DNA of 64,000 bases. Origin: Toensbergia leucococca (lineage: Eukaryota). Below, in pieces: positions 50,488 through 62,604 of the stretch (position 1 is its first letter; every line of letters starts with the position of its first letter). The translations under genes and the position numbers were made by a program. The stretch covers positions 1 to 64,000 of the forward strand of contig JALDZS010000020.1 of assembly GCA_022813965.1 (NCBI GenBank), given 5' to 3'. The notes under the pieces were generated by a model. It made no database searches and was not told the origin of the DNA. It saw nothing but the letters and a program-made list of their open reading frames with translations.

Positions 50488-51716
50488 GGCCAAAATCAAA
50501 CCGTCAACCTAAATCATGAAAACCAAGTCATAGCTACCTTAGTCACTGTAACTCGTATGAATACTTCATTCAAGTTGTGTTCAATGCTTAGTATGTCACT
50601 GTCTATGACGCATGAAGGTAGACACTTCATTAAAGTCAAAATATCAACTCATTTCTTACTCAATTTCATACTCAACATCTTACCTACTTAATTTGAATCA
50701 TCATGCTAATAGCTATGATGTCTAGGGAAACGCGATGATTTCACATATAATTGCTCTGACATCTTCAATACCTAGTGAATGTTATATTATCTACTAGATT
50801 CAGATTGTCATGTTTATGACCAAAGTACGGTGCATGAGGAAACGCGATGATTTCACATACAATTCTCCCCTACCTATTCAATTTCATAGCTGATTTCATA
50901 CCTACCTGATTCAAATCCTCATCTTAATGACTATGATGCATAGGAAAACGTGACAATTTCACATTCAAAATGATCTAGATAGATCTTCACTTATTTGTTT
51001 TAAATCCTCATGCTAATTGCCTACCTGCGTAGGAAAATGTGATGATTTCTCATACATAATGATCATAGGTCTGCTAGGTGTAAAAGCTATATAGATAGAT
51101 AATGTAGATATAATGCACTGACTTTTATTCAAGTGATCATGAATCTCTCATAGAAGTAAAAAGATGATCTATGATTGTATAAGGATTCATGACATTATCT
51201 TTATGCTATCTATATGTTATCTACATTTAAAAATAAAGAATTAAAGTCATTTCTATAGTAAGGAATCAAGTAAATAGGGAAGAGTTGTATGTAAATTTAA
51301 CGCATTTTTCTATGCATCATAGTCATAAGCATGACAATCTGAATTGAGTAAATGATATGAAATTGAGTAGGTAGAGAACATGTCAGAGCAATTGTATGTG
51401 AGATCATCACGTTTTCCTACGTATCATAGTCACTAAGATGAGGATTTGAATCAGGTAGGTATGAAATCAGCTATGAAATTGAATAGGTAGGGGAGAATTA
51501 TATGTGAAATCATCGTGTTTCCCCATGCACCGTAGTCATAAACGTGAGGATTTGAATCAGGTAGGTATGAAATCAAGTAAGTAGGGACTTAAGCATCATA
51601 TGAGTACACAGCAGCTCAGCTAAGCTTGATCATGTGGATCATACATCATTGGTACTTATACAAGAGAATTCAGTGGCTTGGTTGTCGTGATTTGGGTTGA
51701 CGGTTTGAATTTGGCC
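50488..51716. mobile_element. Foldback-type non-autonomous TIR element with internal tandem repeats of about 105 bp
   Basis: Terminal IR GGCCAAA(A/T)TCAAACCGTCAACC..AACCAAG; inner near-perfect IR 50826-50964 vs 51395-51534; AT-rich CpG-free centre. Confidence 0.88.
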
Positions 51717-52235
51717 TACCATCTACCTTGGTACGCCATAGAAAGCAAGCGTGAATATAATGTGCAAGAAAGACATGGATGGATGGTAAACCAATTGAGC
51801 TTTAACTCTAGGAATTGGCTGAGCTGAATCGGTTCGCTGTGGCTGGGTTTGGCAAGGTTGGTTCCTACGAGAAGCCAGAGCGTCTTGGATACAATGCCCG
51901 AGTAAAAATACGAGGTACGTTCAAGGCGGTCAGTGATGTGGAGCATGAGGTCTAGAGGGGGATTGTGGGAGCCAGCCATGCTGAATCGAGCTTCGCCATA
52001 CGATTGCAAAGGTCAGCCATTGAAGTCCTGCAGGTGAAGATGGTCATGGACATACCAGATCAGTACGAAGCCACCGCCATGTAGTAGAGCAGTGCAGGTA
52101 TTGCGCACCCGTCGATGGGCATGAATTCGTTGGTGGACGGCGCTTTTGGTATAAAGCCAACGCGTAATTTTCACCTCCCGTCGACTAAATGTAGTCTCAC
52201 AATGATCTGACATGAATTACCATAGTGGAAGACCT

Positions 52236-53576
52236 TCACATTAGTCCCCCTAAAACTACTTTTCCAATCCCAGCTATTTCGCTTTTGGTTCCACTTCTGC
52301 TGGCGTCCTCGAATTCTTTGATTACGCCCCCCACCATAACCTTTCGCAGTCTTGCATCTGCCTTACCGAACATCTCACCTACACCGGGAGTACACATCGC
52401 GGGGGAGGATATCATGCTGATGATTCGAGTGTAACAATCGATCAACACATCACATAACGTGGCAAAAATTTCAAAGAAATCAGGATCGAATGGTAATGAA
52501 GGCGTGAGCAGATGAATATACTCTTCGCCTGGTAATAGCTCCAACTCATTCGTAGGGAAAGACGACGTTGATGATCCCGCGGGGGCTCCACTGCCCGTCA
52601 TTGCTTTCAGATCTGTTGGATCACTATTGTGCATCGGAAGTCCGATTTCTGTCGCAGAGCTCGTTCGACGGCCTTTTGCACCACCATGGGTAGCGCGCTT
52701 AAACATTTGCGGTATCCTTGCTCGCGATAGCGAGGATGCAGATTGCCCTTCTGGAGGGTGAATCTGCTGATAGGATTCAAATTCAAGAAGGAGGGCGTGA
52801 AGGGCGCGGAGATAGTCAAGTGGGTTGGAGACATTCACATCGAGAATGGCAGGAAGGGAAAGGCCTAGCAGGAGATAATTGGTGGCTCGACGAGCAAGCT
52901 TCTTGGCCTCAAAGTAAGGCATCTTTGAAAGATCTGATTTATTAAAGAGGAGAGTGTTGAACCAATAAACTCTGCCGTCATGGCTTCATTATAATCAGCA
53001 ACGTATTTCGATGTTAAGGCCTGCTGATCACTGAATCAAAATCATGTGTCAGATAACTTACGCCTTTCTCAAGTAGTCCAAAGTAGATATGCGCTTCGAT
53101 GACATGTCTTGTATATGTTGATATATCACGCTCGGGGTTTGTAGACTCCCAGCAGAAGTAGTCGTGAGGCCAGGGCCCAGTAACGGGGTATTGTTGATGC
53201 CATGCCCGAAGCCATTGTTGAGGTGGGCCGCGGTGGATGTGGCCCCGTATTCAGAGTCCTTTCTGAACAGGTGCCCAGAAGGCTGGTTGATCATTGCAAG
53301 AGATTTCTAGACGCAGGAAGCTTGAAGAGAGGCTTACAGCAGGGTTGGACGGGGTATCAGCGGTGGTGAGCGTTCCTGCCGTGCTCTCCGAGTCTACGTA
53401 AAGTAAGGGAAGAGGGAAGAAGGGCGGCGTTGTTGTTGTCTCCTAATCGATATGAACTAAGTCTCGCCTAATAGCCTGCGCCCCTCTCCCCTATTATTTT
53501 GATTACTGAGCCACGTCCTCCTGCTACGGAGTATCTTTACTTGACCGTTTCCTCAGTTTGGGGCAGCCATACACAT
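52236..53576 (-). CDS. Conserved fungal protein of unknown function
   Basis: KRISTLDYLRKAHDGRVYWFNT and EYIHLLTPSLPFDPDFFEIFATLCDVLIDCY blocks; start reconstructed via a 4-nt first coding exon (ATGT) giving MSGGRGS. Confidence 0.75.
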
Positions 53577-53720
53577 TGAGCATTTTGCTCTAGCTACGTA
53601 ATTCACACGCTCTCCTGCACTGCTAGACATATTTTTTGTACTTTGGCAGAATCTGTGGGAAAGCGTTGTTACACTTCGCTCTGGGCTACTAATTTCTTGC
53701 ACGACGGGTGGAGTACGATC

Positions 53721-55235
53721 ATGTCAGAGGGTGTACCTAGACAGGGCGATTGGCCTGTGGACCCTCAAAAAGACGTCCCAGTATCCAAAGACCGAATCTG
53801 GGTGGATGGATGCTTCGATTTTAGTCATCATGGTATGCGAGTGTACTCTGCCATCTCTTTTATACTTGACTCTGAAAATGTATGTCAGGACACTCTGGCG
53901 CCTTGCTGCAAGCTCGGAGACTGGGCAAAGAGCTCCTGGTAGGTATCCACTCGGACGAAGCCATCATGGACAATAAAGGCCCAACTGTCATGACGCTGAA
54001 GGAACGGTTTGTACTCATGATCTTGTGGCAACAGGACTAGCTGAAGGGCCTTGGTAGCGTATCTGCCGTCGATGCCTGTAGATGGTCTACCCTATCAGTT
54101 CCAGATGCACCGTACGTCACTTCGTTGCCCTGGATATCTCACTACGGTTGTTACTACGTAGTCCATGGGGACGATATAACCTCAGATAGTGGGGGAGAGG
54201 ATTGCTATAGGTATGTCAAAGCAGCTGGCCGCTTTCTCGTGGTGAAGCGGACGCCCGGAATATCGACAACCGATCTTGTGGGCCGGATGCTCTTATGCAC
54301 CAAGAACCACTTTATCAAGTCCTTGACTCGAGTGCTTGCTGGTGAGGAAGGGGTTGGCAGCGCTGAAGAGCGTAAGAAAGAAGGAAAAGAAATGAGACAA
54401 AGAATTGTAGACTACGCATCGGATGAGTCAGGCTTACAGGCTGGTCCTGAGGTCCTGAGCTGGAGTGGATCGAGTTCCGCTGTTGAAGATCATGTCGTCA
54501 AGGAAGCAGACTCGTACAGAACGATAGTCATAGGTAAATCTCCGAGACCAGGACAACGAGTTGTCTATGTGGACGGGGGCTTTGACCTGTTCTCCTCAGG
54601 ACACATTGAGTTTTTGCGGCAAGTCGTAAAGGCAGAAGAAGTCATTGGTTATAAGACCTCGTGGTATGAAGCACAGGCAAGGCAACAACGAGTTCAGGAC
54701 TGGGGAGAAGACTTCGGCCCGGCGTACATTGTTGCAGGAGTTCATGACGACGAGGTCATCAATCTCTGGAAGGGAGTGAACTATCCAATCATGAATATTT
54801 TTGAGCGGGGACTCTGTGTCCTCCAGTGCCGCGTAAGTAATTGGGTCTTACACTAACCCTTATTTGCTAATGATACAGCATGTTCACTCTATGATCTTTT
54901 CTGCCCCGTTCACACCCACGGAGGCTTACCTCGAGAATTTTCCATATGGAATGCCTCATGCGGTGTACCACGGCCCAACCTCATTCATGCCCCTCACGTA
55001 CGATCCTTACTCGGCCGCCAGACAATTGGGCATCTATCAGCAAATTGGGAGTCATGATTTCCAACACATCAATGCTGGAGAGATTGTGCAGAGGATATTG
55101 CAGAGCCGGGAGATGTATGAGGCGCGACAGCGAATGAAAGGAGAGAAATCTGCCGGAGAAGAGGCAGTCCGGAGACGAGAAGGCTTGGAACGAGAAGCGG
55201 CGAAACTAATGGAACAACGAGCAGGCAATAGGTGA
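53721..55235 (+). CDS. ECT1: Ethanolamine-phosphate cytidylyltransferase
   Basis: Two CT domains: WVDGCFDFSHHGH, RTPGISTT, YVDGGFDLFSSGH, YPIMNIFER. Confidence 0.92.
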
Positions 55236-55865
55236 ACAACGCCCAACAAACGATCTTACTTCCGCCCCATTGAATCTAGGAGGTATACTTAGATCTGAAA
55301 CAGAGCATTGCTTTGATTGATCGGTCTACCGAGCATGGAGGCTACGGGATGCGTCTGCTGAGAAGGAGGGTGTAGATTGCCAAAGCCGCGTCCAATCATA
55401 CGAGAATTGACTTCAGACGATGTGAACAGAAGACAATTTGGACGATGAGGACTTGGCCCTGATTTGATTACATGTGATCTCCAAATGATAAAGGACCTAG
55501 CATGTAAGATAATCCTATTCTTCAAGGTCTAGGACGCATGGGGGTGCACATCTTCGGAACAATCAAACACCAAGAGATTTACAAGTCTCTGGAGAAACTC
55601 CTCAGCTCTGTGAGATGCTTGGTGCCCCAAATGTCAAATTTTGTCTAGAGCACTGATCAGCTGATAGTCTAAGTGCAACAGGTTGTTGGGCCTGAATTCA
55701 GGGTTTTTGTTATACAGGTGAGCTCATTCGCAAAGTTTGTCTGTGATTGACACTCGGTTGAAAGCATGGTCGACTCCAGCATTTGCAGTATATAGAAATT
55801 GATTCCGACTTCTGTTATTCATCTATTACACGAACACCTAGTTTCTATGTCTAACTTCCTTTGAT

Positions 55866-57325
55866 TCAGAGGTTGAGCCCAGTCTCTTCGACCACGACTC
55901 CCCACTCGTGTTTTTCTTCCCCGTACATTATGTTCTTTAGCCATGTCTTTAACATGGCAGCATATTGTCCACTAACGCCATTAGAGAGCGGGATCTTCAG
56001 ATCGTTACCTCGGAAGTGAATCTCGGAGACGGGAGAGATGAAGAACTACAAGCAGGATCAGTACGCTTCAAGTCCTTCAACACACGTTAATTGCATCAAC
56101 TTACGGCAGTCCCAGCTGCAAAAGCCTCAACAAGTCTTCCCTCATTAAATGCCTCCTCCACTTCTCCCATAGTATACTTCCTCTCAACGATTTCCAGAGC
56201 CTCCAAACCTGTCTGACCTTCCCACGTGTAACTCAATCTTTCTGCTACCAAATCCAGCACACTCCTCCTGGTTACTCCGTCTAGAATGATCTTGTCTCCA
56301 AGCGGTGCTGTCACAAGCTGCAACTTTCCGTCTCTAGTCCTCCAAATGACAAAAAAATTACTGGCTCCAGCTTCGGTGACGTGGCAGTCCTGTCCAAATA
56401 ACCACAGAATCTGGTCATATCCTCCCGCCCTTGCTTCCGCTTGCGCTATTAGACTAGGTCCATAATTTGCGCCCACTTTGGCAAACCCAAACCCTCCAGG
56501 CCATGCTCTGACCATATCGTTCTTACTAGCCAGCAACCTCAAGCCTGGTCTCTTCGGTGGGGACTTTCCTTCTCCGCCATTGCCGATGTATCTTGGGTCT
56601 GCAATGAGGGTCCCCCCCGGCTCATCAAAACTTGGGAAGAGACATGCAATGATGTACAGCAACGCCTCCTTGGGCTTCTGAACACCCAGTGCCGCTGCTG
56701 TCCCTATCATTGTAGGTCGCAGGTACAAAAAGTTCCCAGGCCTGTCTTTGGGCAACCATTTCTCGCAGTCAACGCTCACCAATTTGGTGATCAATTTCAC
56801 CAATTCATCAGGAGGAAAAGCCGGGAGTGCGATGCGGGCTGCCGAACCAACCATGCGGCGTCCATTACGATCGGGACGAAACAGCCGTAGGCGAAGATCG
56901 TTGCCACGATAGACTCTCAAACCCTCGAAGCATTCAGTTGCGTAGTGGAAGACGGAGGCGGTGGGCATGATGGAAAATGGGCCGTACGGGACAAGCTGAG
57001 GCGATTGCCAGCCGCTCGGAGCATTCCAGGCGCAAGTAATCATATGGTCAGTGCATCTATACAATTGTCAATTGTTGTTTGCCGCTGAGGATGGTTTTGG
57101 GAACTGCTACGTGTTTTGGGCCCAGACCTCTGGAGAATTAGGTTCAGGAACACTCCTGGGATTCGTGTTGCGAGTGAAGAGGGTTTTCGAGGCATCGAGC
57201 TCTGCGAGCGTTGAACAAGCGCCATTGGTGGCTAAAGAGGGTGCGGTTTTGGCAATTATGTGCTCAATGCCAGCATTGGTGAGCTCCGAGGTTGTTCGGG
57301 GTGGTGTAATAGCAGATGGGGACAT
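55866..57325 (-). CDS. BAT1: Branched-chain amino acid aminotransferase (class IV PLP)
   Basis: TDHM, FHYATECFEG, LYLRP, KVGANY (PLP lysine), EAGASNFF, ILDGVTRRS, EAFAAGTA. Confidence 0.9.
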
Positions 57326-57582
57326 GGCGGCAAAGTGTCAACGTCTTGAAGAGAAAGAGATCAATTGGTGAGTTAGAATGTCAATCCAAGAGAGGGGCTA
57401 GTGCTAAATTGAGTAAGTATCCTAATTGTCGTTCGAATTATGAAGAGCGAAACGAAATGTGGTCAAGATCACTGTGACTCTTAAAAAGTATTTTTTGACA
57501 AACCTCTCGTACCTCGTGGCCCTGGCGGCGTGGCGGCACTAGCGGCTAAACTTCAAGGTAGGCAAACTTTACAAGTACCTTA

Positions 57583-58082
57583 GGTCCGAGGGTCCGGAGT
57601 TGCCGGCTACGTGCGGCAGGCTACCTTTCTAGGATGTTTGTATGGTAGTATTGGGCTTTTCATGGGACGGAGATTTCTAAATTATGCCGGCCAAACGTGG
57701 ACTAAGAAAATAACGGGAAATGCTAGTGACGTGGGCGCCGATGCAACCCGCTTTGTGGCGGAACTTCTTCCGCTTGGCATGGAGAAAATATGGAGTTGAA
57801 GGTGCTGATTCCTCGACTGGAAATTCAACAGTTTACTTCAGGACAGTCACATCTCTGAGAATTTTACCGATATTTACCACCGATACTTAGCCGTTCTATG
57901 CTATCTCGCGTCTGAGAAGAAATGGATATTGGAAATATCATGATTTTACTTAATTCTCTACTTAGATTGACTACAACCTAGAGGTCAAAACACGAAACCC
58001 CCCCTATAACGCACAAGCCTTATATGCCAGATAATACGGTATTAGGAGGCTCGGGAGGTTCAAATGTTCGGACCCTCGGACC
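57583..58082. mobile_element. Candidate 500-bp MITE with 14-bp TIR GGTCCGAGGGTCCG
   Basis: Perfect IR 57583-57596 vs 58069-58082; non-coding interior. Confidence 0.5.
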
Positions 58083-58209
58083 TTGCCTACCTATGACCCA
58101 GTCCTGTGACACTAACAGTCACTTCTGTTGAACCTTTTTCTTACCACTTGCCTCCGTATCAGTGATAAATCTCGGTAAAATATCGAAAAAAGTAACTGTC
58201 CTGAAGTAA
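57833..58209. mobile_element. Candidate 377-bp MITE with about 54-bp imperfect TIR TTACTTCAGGACAGT..
   Basis: 57833-57886 is the imperfect reverse complement of 58156-58209 (first 15 bp perfect); TA at both ends. Confidence 0.55.
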
Positions 58210-58615
58210 CCTGGCTGCCAGCTTTCTTTGCACGGAGCTCATTTAAGCGACGCAGTAACGGGACATCTCACATTACTTCACTAGGTTTAGATCTATCTAC
58301 TTACTCCGTACCTAGCTTCGCTGCAATTCTATCGGGAGGTCTTAAGATAGTCACGATGGATCTATTTTTTTGGCGGCGCGAGCCTGGGTTCTTGATGAAC
58401 TACAAATGCAATAATGTTGCAATGTTGGTTGCCCAACTGACTGAGTGGGAAACACCGACATATCTCTAATGGAAATGTCTCACAGCTGTCGAATGAAAAA
58501 TACTTCAATACCTCTTTGCCATGGGAATGATCGCAGAGATGAGAAATAAAGATCAACTCCGAGAAATAGCAAACGGCTATAACAACAGATCCGAGCAAAG
58601 AAGACATCACTATTC

Positions 58616-59594
58616 CTAGAAAGCAAATTCGATCAAATCATTTTCAGATGCCCTACATCTCGGCACCCCATAATTCGAGGACCTTCTTCCTTGCTTGTTT
58701 CTCCCTGATGATCATTTCCTAAGAACACCCAATGCTGTGAGTGACAGAACTTGACGCATCATCAAACCAAGAATGGCCTACCTCCTCGCTAGCCTTCATC
58801 TGATCCAATGAAGCCTTGCTCACGCCTGCAATTTCATCCCTCAGCCGCTCTCCTTCTGCTTCAAGCTCTTCCGTTGCCTTTTTCTGCTCTTCGCTAGTAT
58901 ATCTCTGTATCATGGTCGCTGAGTTTTTGGCAAGTGTTTCGAGGGTTCCAGAGCCAAGTGTCTCTGAGGCAAAATTGGTGATTTCCTGTTGAACTTCCGT
59001 CCATTGCGTCCACAACGACGCGAGTTCTTTTTCTTCAGCTGCAATGATTTTCTTAAATCTTTTTATACGATGGCCTAATATGGCAGTACCTGCTGGTCTG
59101 CCATCCCGAGATGTGAATTGAAGCTGTTCCTGATCTATTGGTCGAACAAGCTCGTCATGCGTCTTTGCGGCTGCCTGCGCGAGCGCTTGGGAGCGATCCC
59201 TTGCTTCGTTGAGTCGCTCTGTAATATTTTCATGGATGGAGTCCAGAGAAGTTGTGGCGTTCTGTTGGATGTGCTCGCGAGATTGCTCGATGTTCTCTAG
59301 CCAAGCGACTGTTAATCTCGAGCTCCACATAAGTAATCTTGAGAACTGACCGCTGAAAGCTAAAGCTAACGGGTGTTCGGGCCCCTTCGTATGCCTCTTG
59401 ACGGGTTTTGAGTATTTGTTGGACTTTCTAAATAGAGATCCTGTGGCGGTAGCATTCTTCTGTTGTAATTGATGGCCGATTTCACCATGTGCCTCAGCTT
59501 TTTTGAAGATCCTAGATGTTGAGACCGACTGCTTGGCCTTGGACTTGGGGTCAGGCTTAATTTTCGTCATTGTGAGATGTGTCTCACGCAGCAT
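58616..59594 (-). CDS. Hypothetical coiled-coil protein
   Basis: 291-codon ORF plus a probable short 3' exon; long heptad-rich helices; boundaries uncertain. Confidence 0.55.
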
Positions 59595-59885
59595 GAGTTC
59601 TGATTATTGTAGAGCGCTTTGGGTACGTGAGGTTTCCAACTATGTTGTGATACGAAATGAGCCGCTATCGGAGTGAAATTGCCGTAACGTCCAGCGCTGA
59701 GACTGCGAACAGGATGTGAAAGGTCGAAGGGAAAGTCACAAAGTTGGAAAGTAAGGAAAGCGAAATGAATTACAGGGATAAAGCTCAGAGGATTGCACTT
59801 GTTTATACTAGAAGCTGTCAAGAGACTATCCTGGTCTCCCAGTTGCACCAAGCGGGCACGTTGTGATCCCTGAGCAAGATAAATA

Positions 59886-60484
59886 TTATTGCGTTTGCTC
59901 TTCAGCAGCTACAAGGACCCCTTTGTCCTCCAGCATTTTTGCCAACTCTCCATTCTGATGCATGGTCATCAGAATATCACAACCTCCCACAAACTCCTTG
60001 TTGATATATAACTGAGGTATTGTTGGCCAATCCGAATACTCTTTTATACCTGACATCATCGTATATCAGCATCTGTACACTACTATCTCATTGGGAAAAC
60101 ATCGTACCTTGTTTCAGCTCTTCATCTTCAAGGACGTTGAAGGCCGTGAATTTTTTCGGATCCACACCTTGCAGACCAAGAATTTGTATGCTGGCCCTTG
60201 AATACCCACACTGTGGCATCTCGGGTGTCCCCTTCATGAACAACACTACTGGTGCCGAGTCTACTGCCTTACCGATTGCCTTTTCTGTCTCCGTCGACAG
60301 AAGCCGAGCTTGGAAAGGCGTGAGACGTAACGATTGAGGGCTCCAGAATGTGGCGGTGGTGGCAGCGGTGGACCTCGAAGGCCGCACTGCTTGCCGGATT
60401 GCCTTAGAATGTCAGTCTCCTGATACAGTGAGGTACACAAGAGGAGGAACATCTTACAGACAGTAATGGAGTTCTCAGGAACAT
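59886..60484 (-). CDS. GRX5: Mitochondrial monothiol glutaredoxin
   Basis: Presequence, [40 protein letters not shown]. Confidence 0.92.
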
Positions 60485-60705
60485 GTTTTTATGTTTTGTG
60501 GAACACACGACAGGGACGATGATGGAAATGATGTCGACGCCAAGCTTTTTGAAAATCGGTTTTAATGGCGAAAAAGATACCCTACCACCTAGGAGCCTAC
60601 CACCTTCAGCTTTTCGTACTGGTCTACGCTGGATAGCGATCCCCTCTCACCTCCGTAGCTTCATGCACAATCCCTTCTGCCTTGATACTAATATCACGAA
60701 TAGCC

Positions 60706-61445
60706 ATGCCACGACGCTTGCAGATCGTGGACCTGTGCCATCGGAACCCTTGTGCTTCTCGACTCCATCTGTCGTATCAGACTACATTCATGATGGGAAA
60801 TGGCATTTCCTCTTCCCCGCATGTGGTAGTGTCGCAACTATCAAGCTGCAAGGTATAGTGAAAGCACTTTATCAACATTGCAAGATCTCCGTCCATACTC
60901 TCTTGACAAAGGCTGCAGAGAACTTCCTTGCTGGGTCAGAGCACAGAGCAGCCTTTCTTAGAGTCTCTGCGTCACATGAAGAATGCTGATAGCACATTTA
61001 ACGACGAAGATGAGTGGCATCAGCCCTGGGTTCGAGGTGGAGGCATAGTACATCTTAGATTGAGGCGTTCGGCAGATTTATTAGTCATTGCATCATTGTC
61101 TGCAAAATCCATGACTAAAATGATGACAGGACTCGCGGGAAATCTATTGCTATCGTGCGAGCATGGTATACTACAGGGGAGATCGGGGGTCGAGATAACA
61201 AGAAAAAGATTCTTGTAGCTCGGCCATGAACAAAGCCTTGTGGAAGCATCCCATTACCAAAAGGCAATTTGGGGTTCTTGAAGAGGAGTGGGGCCTTCAC
61301 GAAAACACAGGAGAACGGGTCAAAGCACTACGATGTGGAGAAACTCCTTGCATGCGGCGATATGGGTGATGGTGCTATGAAAGAATGGAGTGAGATGGTC
61401 TCGACTATTGAAGAACGACTACACATTGTTCCTCCAAAGCAATGA
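60706..61445 (+). pseudogene. Phosphopantothenoylcysteine decarboxylase (HFCD flavoprotein, Cab3/Hal3 family) pseudogene
   Basis: GSVATIK, DEDEW..WVRG..HLRLRRSADLLVIA, AMNKALWKHP, LACGDMGDGAMKEW lie in successive different frames (at least 4 frameshifts). Confidence 0.8.
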
Positions 61446-61654
61446 GAATTCTTCGATGCTTAAGCCCAACATTATGAGTGTGCTTCAAGAACTCGATGAT
61501 GCTCCGAATCTCGATGAAGCTTTCATCAACTTTACTCACTTTGAACCTGAAGCTACAATCCTACGTGATGACAATTTGACTCCAACTGCTCCATTTTCCT
61601 CCCTAAGCATCAAGTCTTAGATTTGGCCCATGTGAAATGTTTGGAGAGATCGTT

Positions 61655-62604
61655 TCAACCAAGCGGTATAGAAGGCAGAGCCATGCCAAGAAGAAATGCA
61701 GGCTCGCTGACATTATGATGCTGATAGCTGTACGCTTGCTGTCAGCTTTGTCTCGGGTGGGAATATATCATCTAGTATACCTAAGGATGCCAATCCCACC
61801 AGGCTCAAGCATCATCGACAGGGGAAACTCCATGGGATACTTCAGCCATCGTTTTGTGAAAGCTCTGAGGATGTGTCCGTGAGCAACCTAGCATTCATCA
61901 GCCGCAGCTCAACACTCTCATGACCAAATCAAGAAACCTGCCGCTCAAGTCAGCTACTCACAAGCATGATATCACAATCCTTCTCCCCCTTCACATTCGG
62001 CCCTTGGATCTCAATGATCTTCCCAATCAGCTGATCTAGTCTCTCTGTGACCTGCTGCGCCGACCTATCACATCAGCATTACCTCTCCGCATATCCATCA
62101 AGAAAAGCACCTACTCCCCACCCTCGCACCCATCCCGCCAAATATCCCACCCCTTCCCATCCAAGCCCCTTTCCTCCCTCCCCTGCCTGATCTCCTTCGT
62201 TAGTAATCCCTCATACTTCCCATAATCCCACTCCGCAAGCTCTTCGGTAGTTATCACTTTACCCACGCCCCTCAACTCCTCCCCACTTCCAGCAGCATCG
62301 TCAAAGAGTAAATGAAAGGTCTTTTGAGCTCTCTGTCGAGGGCTGACAAAGACACATGCGAGTTTTACTGGGTCTATTAATCTGCCTCGCCCCACAAGAA
62401 ATCCTCCAGTGTTGGTCACCTGGGCTACACCGTTGGCCGTCAGGGGAAGATCGGTCTTGCCCGTGAAGCGGCCGTTGATGGTCCATTCTGTCTCTCCTGC
62501 CGTGAGTGTTAGTTGCAGGGGATGCAAGCATATCTCCCATCGGACTTGTGCTGACCATGGCGGACAAGATATACTCGAGGTGTGCTGGCGTCTTTGTCGG
62601 ACAT
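61655..62604 (-). CDS. SHB17: Histidine phosphatase/phosphoglycerate mutase family, sedoheptulose-1,7-bisphosphatase-like
   Basis: VYLVRHG|ETEW, SPRQRAQKT, EWDYGKYEGL, WDIWRDGCEGGES, VAHGHILR. Confidence 0.82.

Noticed and set aside
50720..51580. Regularly spaced repeats resembling a CRISPR array
   Set aside because: Eukaryotic context, whole units are homologous (no unique spacers), arranged as inverted arms, no cas genes
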